A DNA stretch of 64,000 nucleotides from NCBI RefSeq assembly GCF_006345805.1, contig NC_043001.1, forward strand, positions 4,650,001-4,714,000, written 5' to 3'. Of the stretch, positions 1-11,689 are shown piece by piece. The notes beneath the pieces were generated by a model, which saw nothing but the letters and a program-made list of their open reading frames with translations, was not told where the DNA came from and made no database searches. Within the stretch, counting starts at the first letter, position 1, and each line of letters opens with the position of its first letter. A program made the translations under genes and the position numbers. Source of the DNA: Octopus sinensis (taxonomy: Eukaryota).

Positions 1-615
1 GAGCTCGAGCAATCCCAATATCCGAGTTAAATGCACTTAACAAGGTGTCAAGTATAAATTCCTTTGCAGTTCCGCTTGTCATTTACAGATTCAATGTGTT
101 GAAATGGAAACACGTATGATTGACAGGAAAATCTGCAAGCTGCTGACTTGCAATAAGATGCACCACTTAAAAGCTGACGCAAGTCGTCCTTACCTATCCA
201 GAGATGAAGGAGGTCGAGGCTTGATCTAACACAAAATCTTCTACAAATCCAACATAATTGGACTGGCTTAAATATCGTGAAACATTTAATGATTGGATGC
301 TAAAGCTCGTTGAAAACCATGAAAGGCGTACGAAGCTTCATTCTTTTATGAGGGAGATCAAAAATATTTCAAGTGAGTTTATGCATAATACCCAGGGTGA
401 ATAGCATGATGGAAGTGCAGCAAGTGTAATTGCAAAGAAGGTGCAATCAATAACGAAGGTGGGAACTAAAACCTCTGCATAGCAAATATGTGGTCCATAT
501 CAAACACGCTGATCTAGACAAGAAGCACACCCATCAGTGGCTACGAAGTTTAGGGATAAAGGCAGAGAGTGAAGGTTTTATGTTGGCAGCCGAAGAGCAG
601 AGTTTACTGACACGG
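1..615 (+). mobile_element. Degenerate R4/Dong-clade non-LTR retrotransposon fragment (post-RT region)
   Basis: Broken-frame translation gives NALNKVSSINSFAVP, MIDRKICKLLTCNKMHHLKADASRPYLSRDEGGRGLI and HQWLRSLGIKAESEGFMLAAEEQSLLTR. These match the HP(K)..RLY..R..GGRGL and E.EGF..AAQDQ.L.TR motifs of R4-clade ORFs. It contains stops and frameshifts. Confidence 0.7.
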
Positions 616-619
616 AAAG

Positions 620-1130
620 AATTAGCTGTCCACAGCCAGTTAACTAAAGTGACACTTGTTTAATGGTCATACTTCAAGAACTCTGCGAAAAATTCCTGCA
701 CTCCCGAGCATTGCACACTTACACCAATCTCTTCTAGCCATGATGGTAGTTGAGTGATGATATCTTCAAGTGCACCAATTACTATTGTTATCCCATCTGC
801 TCTCCTCCTTGACCCTAACCATCGTATTTCCCAAATTTGATCGTCATAGGTGCTTATTCTTTGTTCTTTCATACTGATTCTCTTGTCACTGGGGCATGCT
901 ATGTCGATTGTCATACATGTTCTTTCGTTTTTATTCACCACAATAATATCCGGTTTTCGATGACTGATCGGGTGACCGCACTAGATACTTGCATCTCAAA
1001 GAATGTTGCAATTCTCATATTCGGTGATTCCTTCAGGTGTTTCATCATACGATGTCTTCACTCTTTGCAGGCCGTAATTTTCACAGATCTCCTAATAGAT
1101 CATTCTTGATACATTGTCATGGCAATCTTT
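620..1130 (-). mobile_element. R4/Dong-clade LINE C-terminal restriction-like endonuclease fragment
   Basis: The minus strand reads HDNVSRMIY..., HRKPDIIVVNKNERTCMTIDIACPSDKRIS (PD..D nuclease motif), then the ORF end. It overlaps track ORF 660..941. Confidence 0.75.
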
Positions 1131-1183
1131 TTCTTCTTCTTTTTTTCTTCTGCTTTTTTTTCTCTTCTTCTTCTTCTGCTTCT

Positions 1184-1215
<32 letters not shown>

Positions 1216-1348
1216 TTTTCTTCTTCTTCCTCTTCTTCTTCTTCTTCTTCCTCTTATTCTTCTTCTTCTTCTTCTTCTTCTTCTTCTTTGTCTTCTTCTT
1301 CTTCTTCTTTTTATTCTTCTCCTCCTCCTCCTTCTTCTTCTTCTTCTT

Positions 1349-1379
<31 letters not shown>

Positions 1380-1397
1380 TTATTATTATTATTATTA

Positions 1398-1428
<31 letters not shown>

Positions 1429-1430
1429 TT
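1125..1430. repeat. Compound microsatellite (TTC)n-(TAT)n
   Basis: Directly visible. It produces the poly-S, poly-F, poly-L and poly-R ORF artefacts. Confidence 0.97.
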
Positions 1431-1431
1431 C

Positions 1432-1720
1432 TTCTTTCAAAGTTGCTTCCATTTCTTGCCGAGTGTCTTCCCGACTCCTAGGGCAAAGAAACTCATAGTA
1501 TACATTGGTAGGCCATTAAACTAAACTCAATAGTTCGTTCATTTTTTTTTCAAGTTAAATTAAAATACATGGGTAGTTATAGTTCTCACATCGACAATGC
1601 TCTTCTCAATACGTGTGATGTACCAGTTAAGACACTCTTTTGCACTTCTTGCAGGGATGGTAAGCCAGGGATCATTCTCATATAATTTCGGTTCCCTTCT
1701 TGATCATTCCTTATCATTCC
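1432..1720 (-). mobile_element. 5'-truncated R4/Dong-type LINE 3' end (ORF C-terminus plus 3'UTR)
   Basis: The minus strand reads MIRNDQEGNRNYMRMIPGLPSLQEVQKSVLTGTSHVLRRALSM*, a typical RLE-LINE C-terminus, followed by a UTR ending in (AAT)n. Both flanks are (ATT)n. Confidence 0.6.
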
Positions 1721-1771
<51 letters not shown>

Positions 1772-1794
1772 TATTGTTGTTGTTGTTGTTGTTG

Positions 1795-1839
<45 letters not shown>

Positions 1840-1866
1840 GTAGTAGTAGTAGTAGTAGTAGTAGTA
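1720..1866. repeat. Compound microsatellite (ATT)n-(GTT)n-(ATT)n-(AGT)n
   Basis: Directly visible; all units are in the same register. Confidence 0.97.
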
Positions 1867-2070
1867 TTGAGTGAGAGTGCAGTACATGCCATCGATATGA
1901 CCCTGGGGTAAAATATATGAAGCCTAGTATATCCGTCATGACTACCTATCTGATAAGGGCACACCAGGCACATGCATCAGGGCAGTATGTACGCGAAAGG
2001 TTGATCTCACATCAAGATAAACTGCGCATATCCTTGCAGGTGGGGCCCAATTAGAAATTTCTTCAGGGCG
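1867..2070 (-). mobile_element. Non-coding interspersed repeat, truncated copy embedded in (ATT)n
   Basis: Homologous to 23645-23840 (gagtg.gagtgcagtacatgccatc...gataagggcacacc...ggggccca.ttagaa). It has a microsatellite tail. Confidence 0.7.
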
Positions 2071-2165
2071 AGTAGTTTTTACTATGAGAAGTAGTAGTGG
2101 TAGCAGTACTATTAGTAGTATTACTGCTACTAATATACTCCTCCGATATTATTATTATATTATTA

Positions 2166-2208
<43 letters not shown>

Positions 2209-2385
2209 CTTTTGCTTCTTTCTATTTTGTTGATAGTCCATGAGAAGGAATTCATTAGGTTGTTCATTTACAAAATTTAGCTACGTGATAGAAGAAAGAA
2301 GGAAAAAGAAGAGAAAGAAAAAAACGAATAAATCAAATTGAAATCAGAAAACATAAAAAAAGAAAACGAGGAAAATCTCGGAATA

Positions 2386-2470
2386 ATGAAGGAATCTCAC
2401 AGAGACAATAAACATTTCAGTGTGTGTAAAGAATCTGTTATAGCAATCTTTTGCATTGCTTGTATGATTC
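2386..2470 (+). CDS. Candidate first coding exon, MKESHRDNKHFSVCKESVIAIFCIACMI (unverified)
   Basis: An ATG-open frame ends at a TTC|GTAAGT donor in phase 1, compatible with 3138-3178. No homology recognised. Confidence 0.18.
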
Positions 2471-2902
2471 GTAAGTCAGAAATCCTTCTGAAATAATTTT
2501 CAGTTTCTTTTTTGATCGTTCCATGTACTATAACCACTGGTATTGCAACTGTCTTCAGATGCCAACGATAGGAATAATTAAAATAAAGCAACACTTGATT
2601 GATACTACCTGTCTTAAAATTACCTTTATAAATTGATTATATAGTGTTTCTGAAATATAAATATTTTAGTTTTGCAAGCCAAACATTATGTTGTTACACT
2701 TGGAAACAGCACGATCAAATAGTTCACGAATAACATTAAAGAAGCTTTAGTTTAACATAACAATATATGTGGAGTCATTGACACAGAAATTTTAAGGTTT
2801 TATCCTCTTCTGAAAGAAAGCAAAACGTAGATATATCTAGTCTCTAAACTACATACACTTGCATACACACATACACATACATATGTGGTGCGTGCGCGTA
2901 TA

Positions 2903-2955
<53 letters not shown>

Positions 2956-2984
2956 AATATATATATTTGTGTGCGTTTGTAAAT

Positions 2985-3018
<34 letters not shown>

Positions 3019-3137
3019 ATGTATATGTGTATGCATGCATGACTGTTTATATACCAGGATTAAATTACTTGCTTTAATTCCGTATCATATATTTGAAACA
3101 CGTCAATTTTCATTTTTAATAAATAATTTTTCTGTAG

Positions 3138-3178
3138 AAAATTCCATCTACATAGTGAAATTTGATCTAAATCTGCAG
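3138..3178 (+). CDS. Candidate 41-nt exon, (x)NSIYIVKFDLNLQ (unverified)
   Basis: Acceptor ttttctgtag| and donor CAG|GTAAGA; only the phase-1 frame is open. No homology recognised. Confidence 0.22.
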
Positions 3179-4349
3179 GTAAGATAACAGATGAAAAGAA
3201 AGAAAACTTAGATAAAGTGTCAGTTCCGAAGACATTGTCACTATTTACTTTTCCATAAATCATTTCTACGCTTGGTATGGTGATTGTGTTTATTACGACT
3301 GATGTAATAAAACGAAAACTTAACAGAAATATATAATTTATAACAAAAAGTTACACAATCAATATATTGATTACTCGATTTAGTTTGCTGTGTAAATCAT
3401 TTTTTTTTTTGTTCCAATGCACAGGTTTTAATTTAAATGAAATTATTATTTCATAAATCCTGCAATAAATTTCTCATTTATGACTTCTTATTTTCTAAGT
3501 TATAATTCTATTGCTGCGTTACAGACAATACTCTAGCACAACTAACAACAACTGGAACAAAAAGAAGAAGGAAATAAGAAAAAGAAGAAGAACGGCAACA
3601 ACTACAACAATAGTAATATATTTATTCAGCCTAAAACTCCATAATAGCAAAGCCTCTTCGTAGATTAGTACCGGAAACCATGGTAATAATTACAAAATTT
3701 ACTTACTAAAAAGCAATATATATATGATAAAATCAGTTTAAAATTTTATGCTATCAGAATCTATCGAAATGTTCAAATTCTGGAATTTGTTATGAAATAC
3801 ACATTTAAGGTATTTAATGATCTTCCAATCTTATAAATTTGGTAGAACCTAAAGTAGGAATAACCTTTGATCTAAAATTATAATATGGAGATTGTTGAAG
3901 AACTCGTGACACCCACTGAAAAATTTATTAAAAAATACAAAAAAATGTATATGAAATCAGACGTTCTTTTCCCCTTGAAATGTCGAAAATCACTGAACAG
4001 CGATTATTTATTTATTTATTTAATTTGTGATGTTTACTTTTCCACAACTGCAGCGTTTTGCTATCTTTTTAATATGCAACTGTTAAATTGCCTTATTTAT
4101 CTACACAGAGCTCAGAATCTATTTTAACCCGACCCAAAGCAACTGTCATAGCATTAGAAAAAAATACATTGATGATAATGATTTTTATAATACTAATAAT
4201 TATAGGTCTTATTAAATCAAAACTACCGACAAATGACACAAGTGTTGTCCCAGCATGGCCACAGCTCATTAGCTGAAACTGGAAAAATCCTCAAATCAAG
4301 CACCACCCTGAGGCTGTAACTAAGCGAGAAAATATAACGTTTCTTTGGT

Positions 4350-4985
4350 ACATTTTAGCTATGTACAGACCGGTCATTCGAATCTAATAAACCAGATAAT
4401 AAAGCTTATGTAAAGCCTATCCTGGTCGGCTTTGAAAATCACAAATTTGAGATCTAACCAGTAGCTGTCAGGCGCATGAAACCATCTGGCAGGTTTACGA
4501 GACTTTTGTACCCACTCTTCTAAAAGCTAGCCTCGCACAATCTAAGGGTATATCCAAGTTGTCGTGCCAGTCTCTAATAAACACTAAAAGTCTAAACGTT
4601 CCAAGTTAAAATTCTAGGCGTTTAAAGAAATCTGGCTGCCTTGCATCTGTCCTAGAATAAAAAGTCAGCAGTCCGTTAGCAATTACGTCACTATTGTTCA
4701 CATTCAGAACAACTACCTTAGCTTCTGGATTCAGGAAACTGTCCCTGATCTTTAGATCCCTATCTCTCTGGAACAACACCACAGTTTAATCACACCACTT
4801 TCCGGGTGACATGTATAAGTAAATCTGGTATCCCCCGAAAATGGATATCAAATTTCGTCGGTCAGAGTCTCTGACCTCACTCATAGCCAACACATCTACA
4901 ATTGCGTCTTGAAGTCATTGAATATGTGAACATATTTCCAAGTCAACCCCAGCCCAGATTCATTTATGCTGCGCTTTCTTAGTTA
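4350..4985 (-). mobile_element. Degenerate Tx1/L1-type LINE apurinic endonuclease domain
   Basis: The minus strand reads VDVLAMSEVR, VVLFQRDRDLKIRDSFLNPEAKVVVLNV, DFFKRLE and DWHDNLD, matching APE motifs with stops. Confidence 0.65.
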
Positions 4986-5399
4986 CACAATTTTGTACAA
5001 TGAAATACCCGAAATGAAGGCGAGTTAGATTTGGAGGCCCCACAAGCATTATTCGGTAAAGTATTTTGTAAAATATCCTACTTCATCAAGGAATTTGTGT
5101 TTTAGCTGTTTCTTGTGTTATTTGTACGGTTTTCGGTGTATAGGTTCCTTTGTTTTCGAGATCATTCGATTGCTCTATAGCAGTGTATGTATTCTAGTAG
5201 CGTTTTGTTGGTCGCATTTATACAATGTAATAGAGGACGTTGCGTGATGTTAAAGCACTTTTGCTTAAAAAGGTTCTCCCTCTTTTGTTCGTATTCACCA
5301 GTTTTTGTGTTGGTCTTTGTGTTTTGTTCGTCTTTTATTGATTTTGGTGACCGTATTCCATTTACGTCGACACCGTCACCCTTCATTACAGTTCAATGA

Positions 5400-6110
5400 C
5401 CCGAAGTGGGTGGGGTATATAACTTAGGACAGTTTTTTTTGTATTTCATTGAAGGAGTTTTTGGTATACTTTATGGGATATGCTGGAATCGATGCTGTTG
5501 GCGGCAGTGCTGCTGCTCTGCATGTTGCAGTAATTGTTGTTGCAGCTATTTCCGCAGCTAATGATATCGGTCTTCTGCTGGAGCTGTTATGACTGTGTAG
5601 CTGTCGTTGAGACGGTTAGAGTCGTTGTGGTGGCGCTGGCGTCGGCAGTAGAGTGATTTCCTTTGCTGGCTTTGAGGTGCTGTGTGTCCCCCACAGAATT
5701 GTATTCTCACTCAATAGCCACGTGAAATAATTTGCCTAGTGGTGGAGGTGGCAGACTTTTTCTCACCGGTGTTGTTGCTCTTTTGCCATTGATCTCTTTT
5801 GTTCGTTCTCTTATGATGATATTAGTCCTGAAAGCAACGGAAGTTTAATTTCATATACTTCATGAGCTTTATCGTTGTCGTTGTTGTTGATTCACTTGTT
5901 CTTGTTACTGTTGATAACGACACCATTAACCTTCTGCATCTGGCTCTTCTGTTGTGTGGCTTACTACCAGTTCGTTTCAGTGGACGAACAACCATATCCC
6001 TTATCATTCCTTCGTAAGGAAAACATGAAAAGCATTCCAGGTTCAATAAACCCCAATTTAGCGCATAAACACTACAAATAGGCGAAGGACTAATCAATTT
6101 TTAAGGTCTT
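5400..6110 (-). mobile_element. Probable ORF1 remnant of the same Tx1-type LINE
   Basis: It lies immediately 5' of the endonuclease on the same strand and has low-complexity Thr/Ala/Asn-rich broken frames. Confidence 0.35.
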
Positions 6111-6784
6111 TGACTCTTTATTTATTTGAGGATAACAAATCTATCTATGTAACCTTTGAAACATTATACGTAAGAACAAACCCACGGGAGAGACGTGCAA
6201 TGCGGCTGCAGCAGATGCAGCAAGAACAACAACAACAATAATAATAATAATAACTGCTGTGTATTATTAACAGCAAAAATATCAGATTAAAGCAATGGAT
6301 TATGTTTCTGTTCAATTAAATTGTGCAATAGTCTACATGGCGCCGATCTTGATAACGATATAAATCACGTAAGTTTTAATAACATTGTATAGAAATTAAA
6401 ACAAAATTGCCTACTTAGTGCAGAAGATCATATAAGATTATTCAAGCTGTTTAATGAATAAGATACACGAGTAACGAATAACAAGTGGTTGCATTTTCCA
6501 AATTGCTCTAATTAACCTGCGCGGATGCGTAGCAATATGCTTACAATAAATAAAAAAAATTAATGATAAAACAGACGATAATATTTCTGATACGAAGGGA
6601 AATAATTTTAAAAAATCTTAAACCAATAGAACAAGGTGTTTAATATATTTTTTGTTATATTCTGATGTTCTGGATTCGTCATATATTATTACAATTCATT
6701 AATATATAATATCTTCATATATCGTGTTAATTTCTTACAATTACTCTTGTGATATATCCCATTCTATGATTGTATCTCTGAATT

Positions 6785-6950
6785 GCATGTGTGGTAAGAT
6801 ATTTGCTTCTCAACAACATGGTTCCGGGTTCAGTCCCCTCACCTGGCATCTTGAACAACTGTCTTCTACTATAGCCTCGGGCCGACCAAAGCCTTGTGAG
6901 TGGATTTGGTAGACGGAAACTGTAATAAGCCCGTCGTATATATATATATA
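6785..6950 (+). mobile_element. tRNA-derived SINE
   Basis: A-box-like GTGTGGTAAG, B-box-like GGTTCAGTCCC, body gcctcgggccgaccaaagccttgtgagtggatttggtagacgg, and a (TA)n/(TG)n tail. Related fragments at about 17690-17800 and 18510-18620. Confidence 0.7.
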
Positions 6951-7004
6951 TATGTCTGTGTGCGTGTATGTGTGTTTGTGTGTGTGTGTATGTGTGTGTG
7001 TATT

Positions 7005-7055
<51 letters not shown>

Positions 7056-7145
7056 TATATATATATATATGTATACATATATATATATATATACATATGT
7101 ATATATACTAATATATATGTATATATGTATATAGGTATCTATCTA

Positions 7146-7185
<40 letters not shown>

Positions 7186-7339
7186 TCATATATCATGCTA
7201 ATTTCTTACAATTACTCATTTTTAATTTTTAAAAAAATGTTTACCTTTGTAAGGTATTTCTTTCATGCTGGCCACTTGATAATTTTTCATACTTAAATAT
7301 CGATATTATCCTCATATATAAATATATATATATATAATA

Positions 7340-7438
<99 letters not shown>

Positions 7439-7440
7439 GT
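6940..7440. repeat. (TA)n/(TG)n microsatellite blocks
   Basis: Directly visible at 6940-7180 and 7310-7440. Confidence 0.95.
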
Positions 7441-7645
7441 GTGTGTCTGTGTCTGTGTTTGCTCGCTACCGTCGCTTGACAACGGATGTTGGTTTATATA
7501 CTCCCAGATCGGCAAAATAAAACGATAAAATAAGTACTAGGCTTACAAAGAATAAGTCGTAGATTCGATTTGTTCGAACAAAGGCAGGGCTCCAGCATGG
7601 TGGCAGTCAAATGATTGATAAAGGTAACAGAATAAAGAATGAAAA
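7440..7645 (+). mobile_element. SINE 3' portion
   Basis: The motifs cgcttgacaacggatgttggttt, aagtactaggcttacaaagaataagtc and ctccagcatgg are homologous to the minus-strand copy at 13380-13640. Confidence 0.6.
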
Positions 7646-7683
7646 GTCAATAAGAAGATATGGAGTATATTAACATACAGAAA

Positions 7684-7915
7684 AGGCGGCGAGCTGGCAT
7701 AAACTTTAGCACGCCGGGCGAAATGCGTAGCCGTATTTCGTCTGCCGTTACGTTCTGAGTTCGAATTCCGTCGAGGTCGACATTGCCTTTCATCCTTTCG
7801 GGGTCGATAAATTAAGTACCAGTTACGCATTGGGGTCGATGTAATCGACTTAATCCGTGTGTCTGTCCTTTTTTGTCCCCTCTGTGTTTAGCCCCTTGTG
7901 GGTAGTAAAGAAATA
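7684..7915 (+). mobile_element. tRNA-derived SINE, full-length-like
   Basis: Head ggcggcgagctggca, B-box GAGTTCGAATTCC, core gaggtcgac.ttgcctttcatcctttcggggtcgataaattaagtaccag. The same core recurs at about 20820-20940, 25270-25500, 33140-33320 and 34130-34700. Confidence 0.8.
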
Positions 7916-8020
7916 TATATTAACATACATTCATAGCCACATGCACATCCATAAGTGTGTGTATATATAATATATATATATATACTTATATACACACATA
8001 CACACGCCCACACACGCCCC

Positions 8021-8058
<38 letters not shown>

Positions 8059-8234
8059 CCATCTACATTCCTCAGATTCCATCCTTTCCGCTTCCAGCCA
8101 CCATCCATAAAAATATCCGATGCTAGGTTAGCGCCCGTTATTCTCCAGGTAGCTATTTCCCTGTCTCAGCATCTCTCCTCATCCGTTACAACATCGCCAT
8201 GCTCTACTGCATTCCTTGCCTATTCCTATATTCT

Positions 8235-8640
8235 CTTTTGCTTTCAAAGTGTGAAGACGTGGTGTGTGAAAACTCCATGAGGAGTCACCAGAAAGGAGAA
8301 TTGCAAATTATCCAGTGCGATCACTCTCGTCATCGAAAACCGGATATTGTTATGGTGAATAAAAAAGAAAGAATATGTATGATAATCAACATAGAATGTC
8401 CCAGGTGAGAACAGGAGCAATGTGCAAAAGGAACAAAAAATAAACAACTATGAAGATTATGAATCAAACTGCCGAAATCACAATTGCTGCTCAGTGGCCG
8501 CAAGCAAATTTTGTATGTCGAGACATCGTACGCGTTAACGAAACCATGTCCAACAACTAGAGGAAATAGCGATTGAAGATCTGAGCATGGGCATTGGTGA
8601 GAGATATGAATGTTGAAGTGACCACAGCTCGGATAGGTGG
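8235..8640 (+). mobile_element. Degenerate R4/Dong-type endonuclease fragment
   Basis: HRKPDIVMVNKKERICMIINIECP, with nucleotide homology to 880-1060 on the minus strand. Confidence 0.7.
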
Positions 8641-8689
8641 TGCAAGGGGGAAACATTGACATCCTATGTCAGGGAGAACTACTTAACGA

Positions 8690-9330
8690 CGATAAATAAT
8701 CTCCTGAAGAAGCGAAACACTCTACTAAGCTGATGCTATTGGGTTTTTTCTGATGAAAGGAAATTCCGCCAGGACTAATAGCACAACATCCTGATCAAGT
8801 GTTAGTTTTTACTATAATCTCTGTAATGCTTCATGTATCAGGAAAACCAAGTTTCCTCGAACTATGTTTCGCGCCGCCTATCGAAATGGTGACATGATTG
8901 CTGCTCGATGCTCCCTGAACATGTTAGTGTCCACAGCTTTTGAAAGGTAAATTGTCCTAAAAGGAGGTGGTCATTGGCTACGCTTCCAGTGAAGATGAGT
9001 TCATGCAGAACCACACACTTAAACAGAACATTTGGCTCAATTCAGAGGCCTAAGCAACGCAGCATAAGGTTATTATCAATCCCTGTCTGGAGAGGATTAC
9101 TGCTGGAAGGTCATATGTGCGGCAGCAGGATTCGAGTTCTTGCCATAACTCTGGAAGCAATGAAAATTGTTTTTCGGAGTAGTTCTAGAAGTTCAGCATC
9201 CCCAATTACTGGCTCTTCTGATTGTGCGGGGCGCGGCTGAGACAAGCAGAGACCATTCTATCAACAACACGAACAAATATGTGCGAATATGAAGAATGCG
9301 AGCGAATATATTGCCAGAGAAACAGTGAAA
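8690..9330 (+). mobile_element. Degenerate Tc1/mariner-superfamily transposase fragment
   Basis: Broken frames give WVFSDERKF, (T)KFPRTM, NGDMI and PCLERITAGRSYVRQQDSSSCH, corresponding to the FSDE, second-D (QQD.AP.H) and downstream catalytic regions. Confidence 0.6.
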
Positions 9331-10734
9331 AACGCGTGCACCTTGATGCGAAAACTTCTTGAGATCCTGGTGGTGTTGCGTGGTGCAGCTTCTTTGTGTA
9401 AACTGTTATCTCCCAGCCATAATCTAGTTCATGATTTTTAATTTTCCCAGAAGCTTTGTTTTCTTTTCGTTTTACGCAAATTGTGAAACGTAGCCCGAAC
9501 GCCCTGTAATTATTTGTTTTACAACTTTATTCCCTGAAAAGATCTTAGTACAACTTTCAGACTTTTAAAGTCATAGAAAGAGAGGAAGGTAAAGAGCAGT
9601 TGTCGCGACCAAATGAAAATCGTGAACTGTGGAGAGACACTGTTAGGAATTTAACATCGTTTTCGCAATGATGATGAACCCGTAGTTCATGGGACTGATG
9701 CAAAACAAAATGTCTCTTCCGGTAGGTTTAAGTGAAAGTAAACTTTATATGTTTTGCCTATGTAAACTATTTCATTATATTGCATATTGGGATTCAATAT
9801 GTTTTGAACATTATTTCGTATTATTCATTATCTTCGTTTGGTAAAGATTTTTCTGATATACAACTTGTGCGGTTACCATATCTACTGTCAGTTTCCATTT
9901 ACCATTTTCATGCCTGAAAATAAACTGACCACCTGCTTCTTTACGTTAGTAGATTATGGTTCCTATGATGTGGATAACACACATCCAGCTAAACTGTTGT
10001 TCAAAATTATAAAATCTGACCACTGTCCGTTTTTTTTCCGGAGATATACTACCCATATTCATGAGACACGCCCCAAAATAGGAAAAGAAAAAGCAGAAGA
10101 TATTGCAATATGCAAATTTATTGAAATGCAAATATAAACTAGATAATAATTAAAAAGAAACGTACGGAGCCAGATTAAGATGCATGACCGCTATTTCCAA
10201 AACAGAAGCTAGAGAAATAGATGTAGATCTCTATACTCATAGGAATTATTTTGCATCACTAGCAAATTTTCATAAAACATATCTTCAGAAACTGGTGTAA
10301 ATTAAATGAGAGACAAATTATCAAGTTAGATTATGACATATGAAAGAAATATAACATAATCCTAATAAACATAAATTAATATGGCGTATCGAAAGGAAAT
10401 GTTTAAAAGATAAGTTTATATATCATATGAAAAATATGCAAAAAGAATAAAGTGTGAAAAAAGAATTATACACGCCAGTGGTATAAATGTCCCATGTGGT
10501 GTTATAACATTTAAAAACAGATCGAAAGTTAGACAGAGTTATAAAGATAATAATGAGTTAATTTTGTATAATTCAGCTCAGTCGGAAGAAGTATGATAAG
10601 ATTTCTTACAGATACTAGTAGGCATGCTGTTAGGCAATTACGAAGTTATACATATGCATCTGTGTGTGCGTGTGACGCGCGTTCATCCACATATACAATG
10701 TATGTATGTATGTATGTATGTTGTAATGTTGTAA

Positions 10735-11615
10735 TGTTCCAGCCTGCACCAGGAAATCCATATATAGAACCAGCTAACATGGTTGAAGAAACAATTCTGA
10801 AGGTAGTAGACAAGTTTGTCTACCTGGGCAGCACATTCAGCCGTTCTTGCTTCCTAGATGAGGAAATAGCTTTCAGGCTGCAGAGAGCAACTAATTCCTT
10901 CCAGTCTCGTGTCTGGTCCCAACATGGCATCGCAAGGAGAACAAAAGTTGCTGTGTACCGTGCTTGTGTACTGACATCGCTTCTCTACTCATGTGAGACA
11001 TGGACTCTGTACAAACGTCAGGTAAGGGTCCTTGAACGTTTTCAACAGAGATGTCTCAGACACATTCTCAAAGTTGGCTGGACCTCAAAAATTCCAGACA
11101 CACAGATCCTGAGGACAGCTGATATCGTGAGTATTGAGGCGATGGTACACAAGCACCGGTTGCGTTGGACTGGACACCTTATTAGAATGGAGGATAGAAG
11201 GATTCCTGAGCAGATGCTCTATGGAGAACTTGTGAATGGAAGGAGACTCCAGCAGAAACCAAGGCTGCGATTTAAGGACTGTGTCAAGTACTCGTTAAAG
11301 GCTTTTGATATGCAGGACACTGACTGGAATAACAATGCCTGTCATCGCCACAGATGGAGGAATCAGGTTAAGGAGGGGATTGACACTTTTGAGAGCACGT
11401 ATCCAGCTTGAAGAACTTAAGCGAGCTGCGCGAAAGCGCACGGCTCGTATATTGAATGGGGAAAGCTTGGTCTGCAATGTTTGCAGTCGTGTATGCTTGT
11501 CAACAGCAGGGCTCATTAGCCACCAACGGAGACGCAAATGCAAAATATAAGTTAGTCCTAGAGCGCACAATTTTCCTGAAGGTCGTTCCTCGGTCAAGAG
11601 TGGACTGCCATCACA
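10735..11615 (+). mobile_element. 5'-truncated RTE-clade LINE: RT C-terminus, terminal C2H2 finger and 3'UTR
   Basis: DKFVYLGS, TKVAVYRACVLTSLLYSCETW, RLRWTGHLIRMEDRRIPEQMLYGEL and KPRLRFKD; a frameshift near 11400; then CNVCSRVCLSTAGLISHQRR. It ends at (TA)n. Confidence 0.9.
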
Positions 11616-11621
11616 TCATGC

Positions 11622-11658
<37 letters not shown>

Positions 11659-11689
11659 TCCACACATATATATATATTTCCATAGATGT

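Noticed and set aside
1037-1973. Long poly-S/L/F/R/I/N ORFs in the track
   Set aside because: They are translations of stop-free trinucleotide microsatellites. The same applies to the YIYI and HTHT ORFs over (TA)n and (CA)n throughout the window.
8713-8735. CTGAAGA-AGC-GAAAC as a hammerhead
   Set aside because: No stem II, no NUH triplet and no stem I; it lies in a transposase remnant.
9668-9700. Box C (ATGATGA) and box D (CTGA) snoRNA
   Set aside because: The boxes are under 20 nt apart, there is no terminal stem, and the TGA run looks like an RTE-type tail.
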